Below, in pieces: positions 27,201-39,200 of a stretch of 64,000 bases of DNA. The stretch comes from Azolla caroliniana (taxonomy: Eukaryota; Plantae; Polypodiophyta): the NCBI GenBank assembly GCA_043228905.1, contig JBHGNT010000012.1:13392001-13456000 (forward strand), written 5' to 3'. How positions within the stretch are numbered: the first letter of the stretch is position 1; every line of letters starts with the position of its first letter. The notes below the pieces were generated by a model, which made no database searches, had not been told where the DNA came from, and saw nothing but the letters and a program-made list of their open reading frames with translations. The position numbers were made by a program, and so were the translations under genes.

Positions 27201-29262
27201 CTAACTTTCCTTTCCGGTCCTTTGCCACATGCACGTATGCGAGACACCCGAACACCTTCAGATGCCGGTAGGATACTTCCCTACCGGTCCACACTCTCTG
27301 CGGCGTGTCTCCGTCCAAAGGTACTGAGGGTGATCTGTTTATCACGTATGTCGCCGTCGACATTGCCTCAGCCCAAAACCCCTTGGGTAATTTCGCATGT
27401 GCCAGCATACTCCGGACCCTCTCCATTATGGTCCGGTTCATCCTCTCGGCCAGCCCGTTTAGTTCCGGCGTCTTCGGCACAATAAACTCGAGCCGGATTC
27501 CCTTCGAGCGACAGTACTCCTGGAACTGCCCCCGGTATTCCCCTCCGTTATCCGCTCGTATCGCTTTCAGCTTCTTGCCGGATTCCCTTTCCACTCTCGC
27601 GTGGAGTTCTTTGAAGACGCACAACACTTGGTCCTTTGTCTTCAACGGTGCCGTCCACAGCTTCCGGCTGTGATCATCAATGAATGTTACGAAGTACTGG
27701 GCTCCGCCATGTGACTTCGTTTCTACCTGACACACATCAGTGTGCACCAACTCCAATGGTGCGCTACGTCTCGTCGGTGGCCTTGAATGGAAGGAGGTTC
27801 GGTTCTGCTTACCGGCCAGGCAATCGGTGCACTTCTCCAGGTGCACATGCTTCACTGGAATAAGGTTGTCTTCTGCAAGCCTCTTCATCCCCTTCTCACT
27901 CATGTGGCACAGTCTCTTGTGCCACAGCTCACCGGCAGTGTCGGCTGCCACATTCAGCTCTTCCGGACATAACCAGGCATTCATCAGGTACAGTGTGTTG
28001 ACCTTCCGGGCCCGAGCCACTATCAAGCTCCCCTTGCTGAACTTCATGACACCGTTCCGGATGCTACCCGTGTAGCCTTCATCATCTAGCCTCCCGGCCG
28101 AGATCAGGTTCAATCGGACCTCCGGAACGTGTCGCACATCCTTCAGCAGCATCTTGCATCCGGTTGATGTCATCAGCCACACGTCTCCTATGCCGGCAAT
28201 CCGGCACGTACCTTCATTTCCCATCCGGACACAGCCGTGCTCACCGGCTGTGTAGGATGAGAAGTATTTCTTCTCCGGGGTCAGGTGGAACGACGCTCCG
28301 GAATCGACCACCCAGGTCATCTCTTCACCGGCAAGGTTCAGCTCCCTCTCTTCGGTAATGAGCATTATTTCTTCTTCACTTGCCGCGAGTGCCGTCGTTC
28401 CTTTCCGGTCCTGCCCTCGCCGATCCGGACCTCTCCGGTCCGTGGCTCCCCGGTATGCACCGTTTCTCTCCGGTGACTTCTTCGAATCGGTGTCGTCGGC
28501 TCCGTTGTCCTTTCGGTAATGCCGACAATTCTTCCGGAAGTGCCCCGGCTTCCCACAGTGGAAGCACGTGGGCCTTCCTCTTGACTGCGACCGGGTCCCC
28601 GACTTCTCCCGTCTTTGCGGACTCCGGTTCCATTGTCTTCCCCGATCCGATTCGGTAAGCAGCATCTTCGGATCGGAAACCGGTTCTTTATCTCTCCGAC
28701 GCGCTTCTTCGTTCAAAATGCTTGTCTTTACCGTTTGTAGAGACAAGTTATCTTCGGTGCAGGAGGTGCTGAGAGTCACCACCAAGTTCTCCCAGCTTTC
28801 CGGCAATGTACACATCAGAATGATGGCTTGCATTGCATCCTCCAACGGGAACTTGATCGCCGCAAGCTGGTTCACGAATCCCATGAACGTGCTCACGTGT
28901 TCCACCATATTCTCGCCGTCCCGGTACTTGAGGTTCACTATCTTCCTCATCAGGGAGGTCCGGTTCAACGCATTCTTCCTCTCGTAGAGGCCCGACAACT
29001 TCTTCCACATCTCATAGGCGTTCGTATCGTTCGCCACATGATGCAGGACACTTACATCGACATATTGCCGGATCGTCGCTACGGCTTTCCGGTTCAGGAG
29101 CTTCCACTCCGACTCTATTACCCCCTTGGGTATCTCGGCATTGTCGATCGGTTCGTACAGGTCTCGGACGATGAGAAGGTCTTCCATCTTTATCTTCCAG
29201 TCGGCGTAGTTCTGTGAGTTCAACACCATCATGCCCGGAGGTCCACTACCGCCGCCTTCCAT
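24207..29262 (-). pseudogene. gag-pol: B2 gag-pol (839-aa ORF, premature TAA, duplicated integrase segment, 506-aa RT-RNase H ORF)
   Basis: CFHCGKPGHFRKNC, WVVDSGAS, RADNGGEY, YVDDML, LSTTEAEY. Confidence 0.95.
25585..27552. repeat. 982-bp tandem duplication inside B2
   Basis: 25585-26570 repeated at 26567-27552, TATC microhomology at the junction, one substitution seen. Confidence 0.93.
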
Positions 29263-29293
29263 TTTCTGTGTTACCGTCGCTCTGATACCAAAT

Positions 29294-30084
29294 TGTTATA
29301 AACAGTGCTCGGCCACAACCGAGGAATAGGATCAACTCACAGAAATTGGGAAATACAAAGTGCACGAGGACAGTAGAGAGAAAAGGTACACTGGAATTTT
29401 TACGTGGAAAACCCTAAATGGGAAAAACCACGGGAGTCCTCAAACTCCAACTATCACTATACACTGAGATGTACAATGGTGAAGCTACAAGGCAACAACC
29501 TTGAGCTCACTGTCTTCGCCACAGGCGGCGGTAATACACAGAGGCGTCGACCTCTTCCTTTCTCTCTCTGTCTCTCTCGGCTGCTCTCACTTCGCTCTCT
29601 CTCAGCTGAAAACATAAAATGAGCAACAACATTTAAACTGTTTGCCCTAAGTCATATTTATACACGTATGACTTTCGGGCTATTTACAAATATAGCCTCA
29701 AGGGCTCTTGGCAAAACATATTCACAAATATGTCCCCGCATCCGGATCTCTCTCCGGGTACATTCGTCATCCGGCTCCGTTACCGGGGTCTTCAGCATCC
29801 GGCTCCGTAGCCAGGGTCTTCATCATCCGGCTCCGTAACCGGAACCGGGCTTGCCGTCATCCGGATCTCTCTCCGGGTACATTCGTCATCCGGCTCCGTT
29901 ACCGGGGTCTTCAGCATCCGGCTCCGTAGCCAGGGTCTTCATCATCCGGCTCCGTAACCGGAACCGGGCTTGCCGTCATCCGGATCTCTCTCCGGGTACA
30001 TTCGTCATCCGGCTCCGTAACCGCAACCGGGCTTGCCGTCATTCATCTCCGGACATCCCATCCGGAGGGACCGAAATCCCAACA
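29294..30084 (-). repeat. B2 5' LTR
   Basis: Adjacent to PBS GCTCTGATACCA (reverse complement). Confidence 0.95.
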
Positions 30085-30360
30085 GGATTCTGTTGTCGTA
30101 TCCCGTGGATACTCCCTTGAAGCCCGTCTGTAGCCACCCGATTGAAGGATGTCACTTGCAATCCTTCCGATATTCCACACCGTAGTATTTCTGCCTTGTA
30201 ATCCTGCAAATATCGCGACACATCTTTCCCGTTGAATTGCCCGTTCCGTTGCACGAGCTACTCAACTGTCGTTGCAATCTCCGACATCGAGCGTTGTTCT
30301 TGTAGCATCCGCTCAAACATCACCATCATATTGTTAGTCTCCATCTCCTTGCCACCCGTG

Positions 30361-30378
30361 TTCACATCGGGTTCACCA
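30361..30378 (-). promoter_or_regulatory. C1 primer-binding site complementary to tRNA-Trp
   Basis: Reverse complement TGGTGAACCCGATGTGAA versus the expected tRNA-Trp complement TGGTGAACCCGACGTGAA; just inside the LTR end ...ATGACA at 30383. Confidence 0.8.
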
Positions 30379-30580
30379 CTTGTGTCATGCCTTTCGACGT
30401 CGGATCGTTATGTGAGTCGGGTGGGAACCGCTGGGGTTTTGGACTAGGAGAAAGAAGAATATGAGATAAGGCTCCTTATGAATGGATCGCAAGAAAGAGA
30501 TATATTTGAAGGAAGATATGAAACTTGTGAATCCCACGAGTACAGTGTATTAATTGATGCTTAGAATGTAAGAGAGAAAT

Positions 30581-30605
30581 GGGTAAAAGCATGCGAGTGG
30601 AAACA
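30581..30605 (+). repeat. Left terminal inverted repeat
   Basis: GGGTAAAAGCATGCGAGTGGAAACA. Confidence 0.92.
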
Positions 30606-31129
30606 CTATTATAGCTAATTAGCTACTAAAATGGCCATAGCTAATTAGCTATTTGTTTAGCTAGTCTTTATTGTGGGAAAATCAAATATTTGAAAAACTA
30701 ATTTATGAAAAAACTCAAATATTTGAACTTCTGTTTCAGACGTAGTGGAACTTGGGGAATATCACCATCATCTAAGGTCGACTTCAATGTCATCAATTTC
30801 CTGTTTAGCCTAAGTCTAATTTTGAACGCAGATGGAGTACTCAGAGCACGAACGCAGACGTAGCTCCCGCAACAGCAAAAAATCGACATTGCAGATTGAG
30901 AGCTACAACACAGAACCCGCTCGATCATCGTCCAGGTATGTTTCAGTTACAGAAACCCCAAACATTTGTTTTTTCTTTTTGACTACTGTCTGAACTTTGG
31001 TGCCGATTCATATTTCCCCAAAATCGAATAGGGCGAAGTCCTTGGAGTCCCATACAAGGATGTCTCGCAAATCGGGGAGTAGCAACAGGTGTGTTTATAT
31101 TACTTTTTTTGTGTTTAATCCTGTCTTTA

Positions 31130-31490
31130 GTGATTAGGGTTTGTGATTGAAATTTCTGATTAGGGTTTGTGATTGAAATTTCTGATTAGGGTTTTTGATT
31201 ATAAATTTCTGATTAGAATTTCTGAATAGGGTTTCTGGTTACAAATTTTGATTACAAATTAGAATTTCTGAATAGGGTTTTTGTTTATAAATTTCTGCTT
31301 AGGATTTCTGATTAGGGTTTGTGATTGAAATTTTTTATTAGGGTTTCTGATTGAAATTTCTGATTAGGGTTTTTGATTATAAATTTCTGATTAGAATTTC
31401 TGAATAAGGTTTCTGGTTACAAACTTCTGATTACAGATTTTGATTAGGGTTTCTGATTTCAAACTTCTGATTACAGATTTTGATTAGGTT
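31130..31490 (+). repeat. Degenerate ~26-bp TTAGGGTTT-containing minisatellite in a putative intron
   Basis: Repeated GATTAGGGTTTGTGATTGAAATTTCT variants between donor 31089 and acceptor 31592. Confidence 0.8.
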
Positions 31491-31592
31491 AAGTTAAAGA
31501 TTTTGCACCATTTTTGTTGTTGTTGATTGGGGTTTTTGATTCTCACATATTCTGATTTTGCACTATTTCTGATTTCTGAAATGATATTTCAG

Positions 31593-34372
31593 ATGGCTCG
31601 TTCCTCCGTATCATTTCAGAAAGTAAGTTTGGATAAGCTTCAAGTAAGTTAACGATTCCTGAGCAAAGTTGGTGTATCTTTCAACAACAAGAATAATTAA
31701 TCGGTAAATTTCTCTGTTGCGTTGAAGGAACAATACATTCATCAAGAACAAGTAGTTAGCTGCCTTAAGAAGAAGCTACATTTTGTGGAGGGAATGGTAA
31801 GGACCAGACAGGATTTGGACCTGAACATTCTTGCTCCCTTACCAAATGAAGTAGAACCAGAAAATGATTTATTGACAGTTCAAGCACGTTGCATCGCTTG
31901 CGGGTTAGGTGTGGAGGACAAAACTGCGTCTTTGTTGGTTCACCTACAACCATGCAACCACACATACCATCTGCTTTGTTTTCAACATGCCTGTCGAATT
32001 GCTGCATTCTGTTTGGGAGATTGCAGTACAACTCTACCAAATGAGTGGAGAAAACAAACAGGTATACCATACTGTAGCTAATAAGCTTAGTCTTTTCTAA
32101 TTAGCTATCCTACTAGCTAATTAGCTACTGGCAGCTAATGAGCTACTAGCTAATTAGCTATCCTAGTAGCTAATTAGCTATGGTACTAGCTAATTAGCTA
32201 GTACCATAGTTGTGTAAAAAAGCTAAATAGCTATCCTACTAGCTAATTAGCCACTGGCAACTAATTACCTATCCTAGTAACTAATTAGCTACTGCCATAG
32301 TTGTGTAAAGTAGCTAATAAGCTATCCTAGTAGCTAGTTAGCTATGGTACTAGCTAATTAGCTAGTACCATAGTTGTGTAAAAAAGCTAATTAGCTATCC
32401 TACTAGCTAATTAGCTACTGGCAACTAATTAGCTATCCTACTAGCTAATTAGCTATCCTACTAGCTAATTAGCTATCATAGTAGCTAATTAGCTACTGAC
32501 ATAGTTGTGTAAAGTAGCTAATAAGCTATCCTAGTAGCTAGTTAGCTATCCTACTAGCTAATTAGCTACTGGCAACTAATTAGCTATCCTACTAGCTAAT
32601 TAGCTATCCTACTAGCTAATTAGCTATCATAGTAGCTAATTAGCTACTGACATAGTTGTGTAAAGTAGCTAATAAGCTATCCTAGTAGCTAATTAGCTAC
32701 TGGCAGCTAATTAGCTATCCTAGTAGCTAATTAGCTACTGGCAGCTAATTAGCTGTCCTAGTAGCTAATAAGCTATCCTAGCTACTACATAGTTGAGAAA
32801 GTAGCTAATTAGCTTTCATTGTAGCTAATTAGCTATCCTAGCTACCACCATAGTTAATAAAGTAGCTAATTAGCTATCCTAGCTACTACCATAGTTAGTA
32901 AAGTAGCTAATTAGCTATCCTAGCTACTACCATAGTTGAGTAAAGTAGCTAATTAGCTACCATAGTAGCTAATTAGCTATCCTAGCTACTACTATAGTTG
33001 TGTAAAGTAGCTAATAAGCTATCCTACTAGCTAATTAGCTATCCTAGTAGGTAATTAGCTATGGTACTAGCTAATTAGCTAGTACTATAGTTGTGTAAAA
33101 AAGCTAATTAGGTATCCTACTAGCTAATTAGCCACTGGCAACTAATTAGCTATCCTAGTAACTAATTAGCTACTGCCATAGTTGTGTAAAGTAGCTAATA
33201 AGCTATCCTAGTAGCTAATTAGCTACTAGCAGCTAATTAGCTATCCTAGTAGCTAATTAGCTATCCTACTAGCTAATTAGCTACTACCATAGTTGAGTAA
33301 AGTAGCTAATTAGCTATCCTACTAGCTAATTAGCTACTACCATAGTTGAGTAAAGTACCTAATTAGCTATCCTACTAGCTAATTAGCTACTGGCAACTAA
33401 TTAGCTATCCTAGTAGCTAATTAGCTATCCTAGTAGCTAATTAGCTGCTGGCAACTAATTAGCTATCCTACTAGCGAATTAGCTATCCTAGCGAATTAGC
33501 TATCCTAGTAGCTACTGCCATAGTTGTGTAAAGTAGCTAATAAGCTATCCTAGTAGCTAATTAGCTACTGGCAGCTAATTAGCTGTCCTAGTAGCTAATT
33601 AGCTACTGGCAGCTAATTAGATGTCCTAGTAGCTAATAAGCTATCCTAACTACTACCATAGTTGAGTAAAGTACCTAATTAGCTATCCTAACTACTACCA
33701 TAGTTGAGTAAAGTACCTAATTAGCTATCATACTAGCTAATTAGCTATCGTACTAGCTAATTAGCTATCCTAGCTTCTACCATAGTTTAGTAAAGTAGCT
33801 AATTAGCTATCCTAAATAACTGTCATGTTATTGTAGAATCTTGTGGATTAAGGACGGCACATGATGTGTCTGGTGCTGATGATGCTGCAACAAATGAGGA
33901 TACTACTGCCAATGTGGCTGAAAGTAAGAGTCCTGCTATCATATCTCCTTCAGATCAGCTGCACCCTATTCTTTTGGAACAGTGTACTGAATTAGGCAAC
34001 GATGTGAAATGCCATGAAATAGTGGAAACAACATGTAAAACTGAGGTTCACAACAACAGTGTTTATGAACACTTGATGCAACATTTCTTCGAGTCTCAAG
34101 ACCTTGATTCCACCCCACCGAGCCCAACTACTGAAAATGTCCAAACAGATCCCTCTGTACTTGAAAAGCTAGTTCAAGAAACGGCTGATGTGCAATTAGC
34201 TGCTGAGGCGATGGGAAGGTTGTCGGAGGAGGACACACTTGCGCATTGGGTCCTAGAAGCAAGGCTAAATGGGGAACCAACCAGAAAAAGGCTGAAGAAG
34301 GGGCCACGATCGGGAACAAGACCAGTTACTCGGTCAAGGGGCCCAGACGTAGTGGAGCGAAATACTGTTTAG
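31593..34372 (+). CDS. Predicted spliced RING-finger protein, ~306 aa (exons 31593-31643, 31728-32061, 33837-34372)
   Basis: GT..AG introns keep the frame (phase 0, then phase 1); CIAC...PCNHTYHLLC...CLGDC RING-H2-like ligands; acidic tail with RKRLKK NLS-like motif. Confidence 0.7.
32075..33815. repeat. Intronic array of palindromic AGCTAATTAGCT units
   Basis: Dozens of TAGCTAATTAGCTA copies with short variable linkers (TCCTAC, CTGGC, CCATAGTTGTGTAAAG). Confidence 0.95.
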
Positions 34373-34621
34373 TTGGATATGATTGTTAGCTTAGGGATTT
34401 TGCTAGGGTTTTATGAAGTTTTACTATCCTGTTGGACAAGTAAAACCTCAGATTGGTTGTTGCTTGATCCACATTATGTAATGGAACTCTATGATGTTTT
34501 TCCAAGATAATTTGAAGAGTGTTGTTCTATGACTGAAACTCTTTGATGTTCAGGATATTGTTTTGTGAGACTAGTAGTTACTTTGTGAGTGTGAATATGT
34601 TGGTGTTTTCTGATGTTGCAG

Positions 34622-35637
34622 AGTCTAAAGGGTTTGATTCTATTGCTCGTAAGGCCAATGGCAGTGTGGATACTGTTGATGTTGCGGCATGTTTAAAGGG
34701 CCCCATCTTGAAAGTAGATGTAGCAACTGACACAAGTGATCTGGTCACACAAGTTGATCAAGCATGTAGCACGGATGACTTGGTGTTGCAGGTAGATGCA
34801 GCATGTAGCACGGATGACTTGGTGTTGCAGGTAGATGCAGCATGTGATACCAGTGGATTGATATCGAGCAGAACAGTAGCTACATGCACTGAGGTAATCC
34901 AAGGATTGATAACTAAGTCGACAAAACAAGAGCACCAGAATGTGAAGCTAGGCCCAACACAGTCGACTAGGGGTTTAAAGAGGAAAAGGACACCAGTTGT
35001 GTCAGCCGAACCTGAGCTGATTGAGATTGATCGTATCCTACCAGAAAATGGTGTAACAGCGGCTCAGTTTCAGGAATGGAAACCTAAACCACTAGAAGTC
35101 GAGCGAAGAGCCTTGATCTTGGAGCTGGATAAAGTCTTGATGAGTGTGAGATATATGCAGCCAAGGAGGGACGCAAATCAGTTTCTAGAGTGGGCTGCGG
35201 AGTACTTCGATTTGTTTATTTGGAGTGAAAAACCAAAATCAGATGTGTGGAAGTGTTTGGCAAGATTCTTCCCAAAATGGCGAAGTCGTTTTAAAGGTCA
35301 ATGGGCACGAGAAAATTGTGAGCAGATGGAAGCTGCAAGATTCAAGAGGCTTTCTGATTTTTGGGCTACTTGGCCTGAATATAATGCTGACAATACATTG
35401 ATTTTGGATACAGAACATTTCCGACACTACTTCAATATTCGGAGATGCTGTCTCATTCTACCCGAGGAAATGCCTGAACAGTACCTGGTGCAAACAGTGA
35501 GCTGCCAACTAGGTGCATGGTTGTGGACTCCATACCGAGCTCAATATGCGGATAATATATGTAGACTCGTTCCACTGACTAGCAAGAGCTTAGCTGTTTA
35601 TAGGAGATTTGTAGACATTTCCAATGGTAATTTATAA
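34622..35637 (+). CDS. Exon encoding an FCP1/SCP (NIF, HAD-fold) phosphatase-like domain, probably catalytically dead
   Basis: ALILELDKVL...R.DANQFLEWAAEYFDLFIWS...WARENC...KRL..W...YNADNTLILDT; acceptor TTGCAG at 34621 (phase 1); 39-bp internal repeat DAACSTDDLVLQV; KRKR. Confidence 0.7.
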
Positions 35638-35767
35638 AAATGTAAAGAGATGACATTATTCAATGAAGAATTTAATTACTTGTTCCCACTGTACTTATCT
35701 ACTGTGTAATTTGAGGAATATGTTACAGATTGTTGATTTCATTCTATTGATGACTATTTAGCTATTG

Positions 35768-36274
35768 ACAGCTAATTAGCTGCATTTGTACAGCTAATTA
35801 GCTACTGATGACTATTTCGCTATAACTTATAACTTAAAACTTAACAAAAAAGACATGATTTTATTGAGAAAGAAGCACAGAAAGCAGACTGTATACAAGA
35901 AATTGATTCCAAACGAATTTATTGATCTGTTTTCGCGAAATACATGTTTGTTTTACAAGAGAACATGGTAAGTGCTACTTGTAGCTACAAATTCCATGGC
36001 ATACTATTGTAAATACATTTGTACAGCTAATTAGCTGCATTTGTACAGCTAATTAGCTACTGATGACTATTTCGCTATAACTTATAACTTAAAACTTAAC
36101 AAAAAAGACATGATTTTATTGAGAAAGAAGCACAGAAAGCAGACTGTATACAAGAAATTGATTCCAAACGAATTTATTGATCTGTTTTCGCGAAATACAT
36201 GTTTGTTTTACAAGAGAACATGGTAAGTGCTACTTGTAGCTACAAATTCCATGGCATACTATTGTAAATACATT
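35768..36274. repeat. 255-bp tandem duplication spanning the transposase 3' end
   Basis: 35768-36019 repeated at 36023-36274. Confidence 0.9.
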
Positions 36275-39200
36275 CATACACATTAGCACCAACAGTGTAT
36301 AAACCGGAGCAGCTATTGTATTCTGACATTGGGACGTTGATGCATCTGACCAAATGAGAGTACATATACGCCGCTGGTTTGTCTTCTAACAGCCTGTACA
36401 CATATTCGTAGTCATCTAGTTTTGCATAAAAAATGCCTTCGATGTAGAATGTCCCGGCAGATACAAAATTTCCCCATGCATCTACAATATTCTGCCTTGC
36501 ACACTGTTTACTAACCGTGCACTTTAATATATAGAAATCAGCACCCTCTGAATTGCCTTCTTCAGCATTTACAGCGAAGTTATCCCCAACGTTCAGGACA
36601 TCACTCAAAGTATCTCCAAGTCCCTCATAGGTGAAGTCAGCATTCTGCCCTGTTTCTCCATCAACTGCTTCCTTATCATTCAAAGTGTGATACTCCCAAT
36701 TCTGAATGTATGCTTTGTTTAGACAATATCTCCAATTTCCCTGCACACAATGGAAGCAAAAACAAGTCAATTCTCTAACCGCAATACAATGACCATCCAA
36801 CCTGGAATAACCGCGAACAGCATGCAGAGATCGCAATTCGGGAATTCCTTGGCACTCCCAGGTCTTCTCCCTATTTACTTCATCTATCTTCACTTCCCAA
36901 AATTCACGTTTGATATCTCGAACTTGCGAGGAATAAACACCTGTGGCACTCGTCGACATATTTGTTCTTAAAAATTCAACTACATGTGATGCACAATTCA
37001 TGTGCACACCATCTGTCTTTAGTTGTTCATGGGTAAGTGCCCGCTTTATAACAGCCCCTGCACCATCATGTTCACCTTTACCATGGCCAGACCCAAAAAA
37101 ATTCCATCTCATCTCCAAACCTGTTATAGCAGGATACCTCCCCACAAAATAAAATGGACGTCGAGCCTTGAATTGTGACGCAGCTCCGTCAGACCAGACC
37201 CAATGTTGAGTAAGCTCCAAACGTTGAGCTAATAACCACTGCCAATGTAACTTAAAACAGTGTTGGACGAACAAGGTATCATGCTTCTTATCATCGGAAA
37301 TAAAGAAATGAATTACTTTTTTAACATCACCTGAAACTCGAAAATATGTTATGTGCACAAAAATGGTTACCTGAACTGAACACCAATGCATAGATTGAAT
37401 TTCATTCTGCTGCTTGAAAGTATAATTCTCTGCGAAATCTACTACTGAGACTACTACATCATTTGGGAAATCAGATATGCAAGTCTTAAACTGATGGGCC
37501 TGCCATGAATAAATGAAGTTGTGTTTAATGAACTTTCCTAGAGATACTACAAACAGAGACACCAAATCCCTTGGTTTAAGCATCTTCCGAACTAGATCCT
37601 TTCTTTTACACACCTTTCCTTCGAAATTGGTGTTCACTGACTCAAATAACTTCACAGAGATCAATATTTCACTACTCAATTCATTTGGACACCACCTAAA
37701 TCTAGTAGGGCCACAATCTTGACATAAACCCATGACACATTTATGAATATGGAAGATAGCGTCAGATTCTCTCGGACACAATATTGAATCTAATAAATAA
37801 CTCATGGAAGAGATAACGTGCTCAGATGATTTACACTCCTCTTGCGGGCTTGATCGACAGATTTGGCACCCACATGTGCAAACTGTATTAGTTAGGGATG
37901 CGCTATGGTGACGTAGTAGATTAACAGAGTCCTTCAGAAAACCCATCTGTACATGGTAAATGCAACAACATGTGTATCGATCCTTTAAGCGTCTCACAAA
38001 GTGTGGCTTAAGAGACTCGAATGTTCGTAGTTGAACTTTGATAGTTGGATGCATTCGTTTGAACCTAATAAATAAATCGACCTGCGTAATAAAGGGGAAT
38101 TAGTTATTCTCGTAACTAGCTAACTATCCTAGTAGCTAATTAGCTATTCTAGTAGCTAGTTAGCTATTCTAGTAGCTAGTTAGCTATTCTAGTAGCTAAT
38201 TAGCTATCATGGTAGCTAATTAGTTGTCCTAGTAGCTAATTAGCTATCATGGTAGTTAATTAGCTGTCGTAGTAGCTAATTAGCTATCATGGTAGCTAAT
38301 TAGCTATTCTAGTAGCTAATTAGCTATCATGGTAGCTAATTAGCTGTCGTAGTAGCTAATTAGCTATCATGGTAGCTAATTAGCTGTCCTAGTAGCTAAT
38401 TGGTTGTCCTAGTAGCTAATTAGCTATCATGGTAGCTAATTAGCTGTCGTAGTAGCTAATTAGCTATCATGGTAGCTAATTAGCTATTCTAGTAGCTAAT
38501 TAGCTATTCTAGTAGCTAATTAGCTATCATGGTAGCTAATTAGCTGTCGTATTGCTAATTAGCTATCATGGTAGCTAATTAGCTGTCGTAGTAGCTAATT
38601 AGCTATCATGGTAGCTAATTAGCTATTCTAGTAGCTAATTAGCTATTCTAGTAGCTAATTAGCTATCATGGTAGCTAATTAGCTGTCGTAGTAGCTAATT
38701 AGCTATCATGGTAGCTAATTAGCTGTCCTAGTAGCTAATTAGTTGTCCTAGTAGCTAATTAGCTATCATGGTGGCTAATTAGCTTGTCTACTAGCTAATT
38801 AGCTATCATGGTGGCTAATTAGCTTTCCTAGTAACTAATTAGCTATCATGGTAGCTAATTAGCTTGTCTACTAGCTAATTAGCTATCATGGTGGCTAATT
38901 AGCTTTCCTAGTAACTAATTAGCTATCATGGTAGCTAATTAGCTGGTCTAGTAGCTAATTAGCTATCGTGGTAGCTAATTAGCTGGTCTAGTAGCTAATT
39001 AGCTATAATGGTGGCTGATTAGCTTTCCTAGTAACTAATTAGCTATCATGGTAGCTAATTAGCTGGTATAGTAGCTAATTAGCTATCATGGTAGCTAATT
39101 AGCTGGTATAGTAGCTAATTAGCTATCATGGTAGCTAATTAGCTATCACGGTGGCTAATTAGCTGTCCTAGTAACTAATTAGCTATCATGGTAGCTAATT

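Larger units (their letters stand above)
23406..30084 (-). mobile_element. Young full-length Ty1/copia, family B copy B2, with internal 982-bp duplication
   Basis: TSD GGATT 23401-23405 and 30085-30089; 791-bp LTRs 23406-24196 and 29294-30084 with ~3 differences; PBS-Met 29279-29290; PPT 24199-24208. Confidence 0.97.

Noticed and set aside
31130-31490. Interstitial telomere
   Set aside because: TTAGGGTTT occurs as single copies inside longer units, not as (TTTAGGG)n tracts
31593-35637. Host genes lying between transposons
   Set aside because: Both coding regions lie inside the TIR/TSD boundaries, which are themselves inside a retrotransposon LTR
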